From an uncultured Gemmatimonadaceae bacterium (GTDB taxonomy: Bacteria > Gemmatimonadota > Gemmatimonadetes > Gemmatimonadales > Gemmatimonadaceae), in NCBI GenBank assembly GCA_963792685.1, contig CAWBWW010000001.1:882460-946459 (forward strand): DNA of 64,000 nucleotides. Direction: 5' to 3'. A model generated the notes under the pieces. It saw only the letters and a program-made list of their open reading frames with translations. It was not told the origin of the DNA and did no database searches. A program made the position numbers and the translations under genes. Position 1 is the first letter of the stretch; each line of letters opens with the position of its first letter. This document shows positions 61,612 to 64,000 of the stretch, piece after piece.

Positions 61612-61701
61612 GGCTCCGCGGGCCGGCCGCTTGACAGGGCTCGCGTTACTCCGCTAAATATGCAGTGTTGGCGCATATTTATTCCTAATCGCGGAGACGG
61701 C

Positions 61702-62976
61702 ATGATTCGCAAAATCGCGCTCGCCTACTCGGGGGGCCTCGACACTTCCATCATCGTCCCGTGGCTCCGCGAGCGCTATGACGCGGAGATCGTCTGCGTC
61801 GCCGCCGATGTCGGCCAGGGCGACGAGCTCGATGGCGTTCGCGCGAAGGCGCTCGCCTCCGGCGCGGACGAATGCTTCATCGAGGACATGCGCGAGGAGT
61901 TCGTCACCGATTACATTTGGCCCACCCTGCGCGCCGGCGCGATCTACGGGCGGAAATATCTCCTCGGCACGTCAATGGCGCGCCCGCTGATCGCCAAGCG
62001 ACAGATCGATGTCGCGCGAGCCGTCGGCGCGGATGCTCTGGCGCACGGCTGCACGGGCAAGGGGAACGATCAGGTGCGCTTCGAGCTCACCTATGCGGCC
62101 TTCGCGCCCGAGCTGCCGGTGATCGCGCCATGGCGCGAATGGGACATCCGCAGTCGCGAGGACGCCCTCGCCTATGCCGCCGCGCACGACGTCCCTGTGT
62201 CGGCCACCGCAGCCAAGATCTACTCGCGAGACCGTAACCTGTGGCACGTGTCGCACGAAGGAGGGATCCTCGAGGATCCGAATGCGGTCCCGCCGGCCGA
62301 CCTCTTTCTGCTCACCACCGATCCCGCGAGCGCGCCCAACACCCCGGAAGACGTCACGATCGGCTTCCACTCCGGAACCCCCGTCTCTGTCGATGGCCAA
62401 CGGCTCCCGCCCGTGGCGCTCGTTGAAAAGCTGAACGCAATCGGAGGAAAGCACGGCGTCGGCCGCATCGATCTCGTCGAAGACCGCCTCATTGGAATGA
62501 AGTCGCGCGGCATTTACGAGACACCGGGCGGAACGCTGCTGCAGGTCGCGCACTCGGAGCTCGAGCAGCTCGTTCTCGACCGGCGGACACTCGCGGCCAA
62601 GGACTTCATTGCCCCCCGCTACGCCGATCTCGTCTACGAGGGTCGCTGGTGGACCACCGAGCGCGAGGCATACGATGCCTTCGTCGATGCGACGCAGCAG
62701 CGCGTCACCGGCACCATCACGCTTCGCCTCTTCAAGGGCTCCGTCACGATAGCCGGCCGCCAGAGCGCAGAAGCGCTGTACGACGAGCGCTTCGTCACCT
62801 TCGGTGAGGACGACGTGTACCAGCAGAGCGACGCCGCCGGCTTCATTCGCCTCTACGGACTTTCGCAGCGCGTGCGAGCGCTCAAGGATCTCGAGCGCAA
62901 CGCCGAGTCAGCGGCCGCCGCAGCGACCGTCATCGCAGAGGAAAGTGCAGAGTCCCACGCCATGGCCGTCGCGTGA
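61702..62976 (+). CDS. argG: Argininosuccinate synthase
   Basis: …IALAYSGGLDTS… PP-loop and …ALAHGCTGKGNDQVRFE… signature. Start at Met 61702 (MIRKIALAYSGG…). Confidence 0.9.
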   Translation: MIRKIALAYSGGLDTSIIVPWLRERYDAEIVCVAADVGQGDELDGVRAKALASGADECFIEDMREEFVTDYIWPTLRAGAIYGRKYLLGTSMARPLIAKRQIDVARAVGADALAHGCTGKGNDQVRFELTYAAFAPELPVIAPWREWDIRSREDALAYAAAHDVPVSATAAKIYSRDRNLWHVSHEGGILEDPNAVPPADLFLLTTDPASAPNTPEDVTIGFHSGTPVSVDGQRLPPVALVEKLNAIGGKHGVGRIDLVEDRLIGMKSRGIYETPGGTLLQVAHSELEQLVLDRRTLAAKDFIAPRYADLVYEGRWWTTEREAYDAFVDATQQRVTGTITLRLFKGSVTIAGRQSAEALYDERFVTFGEDDVYQQSDAAGFIRLYGLSQRVRALKDLERNAESAAAAATVIAEESAESHAMAVA

Positions 62977-64000
62977 CCGTGCTCAAGCTCGTGGGCGCAT
63001 CCACGCACAAGCTCTGGGGCGGTCGCTTCGCGGGCGAGACTGCCCCTGCACTCGATGCGCTCAATCGGTCGATCGGCGTCGATTTCCGACTCTGGCCGTT
63101 CGACATTCGAGCTCTCCAAGGCGTGGGCGATCGCGCTGTGGAGCGCCGGCGTCGTCACAGTCGAGGAGAGCATTGCGCTCGAGCGCGGCCTCGACGCCGT
63201 TGCAACGCGTCTGCGCGCCGGTGAGCGCCCCGCCGCCTCGGATGAGGATGTGCACACGCTGATCGATCGCCTCCTGCATGAGGAGGCCGGCGAGGTCGCG
63301 TCGAAGCTCCACACGGGGCGCAGTCGCAACGACCAGGTCGCAACCGGGACGCGCCTTTGGGCAATGGATGCGTGCACGACACTCGACGCGTCCGTGCGCG
63401 ATCTGCAGCACGTGATGCTCGCACATGCCGAGTCGCTCGCAGGCGACAACGTGCTCATGCCCGCCTACACGCACATGCAGCGCGCACAGCCAGTCTCCGC
63501 GGCGCACTGGATGCTCTCGCACTTCTGGCCGCTCGATCGCGATCGCGCACGCCTCGCCGCATCGGGGCGCGCCGCCGCCGTGCTGCCGCTGGGCTCGGGC
63601 GCGATCGCCGGCTGCGCATTCCCGATCTCGCGCGTACTTCTTCAGGGCAGCCTCGGCTTTGCGCAGCTGTCGCCCAACAGCATCGACGCAGTGAGCGATC
63701 GGGATTTCGTCGCCGAGCTGTTGTTCACGCTCTCGATGACCGCGATCCATCTCTCACGGCTCGCCGAGGATCTGATTCTCTACGGCACGAGCGAGTTCGG
63801 CTTTTTGCAATTCGGCGACGCGTTCACGACCGGATCGAGCATGATGCCGCAGAAGCGAAACCCCGATGCGCTCGAGCTCGCGCGCGGATCCGGCGGCCGC
63901 CTGCTGGGCGATCTCACTTCACTGCTCGCAACGCTCAAGGGACTACCGAGCGGATACAACAAGGATCTGCAGGATGACAAGCGCGCGCTGTTCGATGCCG
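62973..64000 (+). CDS. argH: Argininosuccinate lyase (continues past the window end); one frame break near 63114 (a single extra C)
   Basis: …KLWGGRFAGE… N-terminus. After the break, …SKAWAIALWSAGVV… through fumarate-lyase signature …TTGSSMMPQKRNPD… all in the +2 frame. ATGA-type overlap with the argG stop. Confidence 0.85.

Noticed and set aside
1-64000. Mobile elements, integrases, toxin-antitoxin or known defence systems
   Set aside because: No transposase, integrase, recombinase, Cas or restriction-modification signatures were recognised in any frame. The only replicon-like hint is the RepA-like gene, reported as a finding.

Overview
High-GC (~68%) bacterial chromosomal window carrying about 55 protein-coding genes. 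Gene content suggests a Gemmatimonadota-like genome, but that is inference only. I found no rRNA, tRNA, CRISPR array, IS element or integrase.

Gene content in order along the window:
- 1-5.2 kb: TonB-dependent receptor 3' end (gene runs off the window), a secreted beta-propeller-alkaline-phosphatase fusion, a DipZ-like CcdA-thioredoxin protein.
- 5.2-7.7 kb, minus strand: a Tat-secreted metallophosphoesterase-cupredoxin fusion followed by an ECF sigma / anti-sigma pair.
- 7.7-10 kb: a GNAT acetyltransferase, a double zinc-ribbon membrane protein, an MqnA/MqnD-family protein.
- 10.1-19.7 kb: a GAF-PAS histidine kinase with a REC-HD-GYP response regulator, directly upstream of a TolC-MFP-RND efflux locus.
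- 19.9-21.1 kb: a histone-H1-like protein with an acidic N-terminus and a MerR-family regulator.
- 21.3-27.3 kb, minus strand: a ~1545-codon Lhr-type helicase and a cardiolipin synthase.
- 27.4-28.5 kb: a RepA-like (RPA family) gene with a small downstream ORF.
- 28.6-34.2 kb: Ctp protease, a TolB-like beta-propeller, an SPFH protein, and cspA with a long AT-rich leader.
- 34.3-38.1 kb: the Ku + LigD non-homologous end-joining pair, LigD with domain order phosphoesterase-ligase-polymerase.
- 38.1-43.2 kb: NlpC/P60 peptidase, an NrtR-like Nudix regulator, NagZ, YggX, a membrane fatty-acid desaturase.
- 43.4-52.3 kb: M1 aminopeptidase, aldo/keto reductase, a membrane metallophosphoesterase, a second histone-H1-like gene, an alpha/beta hydrolase, thrB, a Crp-family regulator.
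- 53.9-57.4 kb: hsp20, MarC, Smr, two tandem paralogous outer-membrane beta-barrel genes.
- 57.6-64.0 kb: an arginine biosynthesis cluster (GNAT-type argA-like, argD, argB, argC on the minus strand; divergent argR; argG and argH on the plus strand) with an ARG-box-like palindrome between argC and argR.

Most striking global observation: at least ~25-30 single-nucleotide frame breaks, where a recognisable protein continues seamlessly in another frame. They are strongly clustered in two large genes, the RND pump and lhr, with single breaks in many others. The cause is either indel-type sequence error or genuine gene decay; I cannot tell which from sequence alone.

The candidates I rate most interesting are the RepA-like two-gene module, the pair of histone-H1-like proteins, the Tat metallophosphoesterase-cupredoxin / ECF sigma operon, and the palindromic operator candidate next to the NrtR-like regulator.
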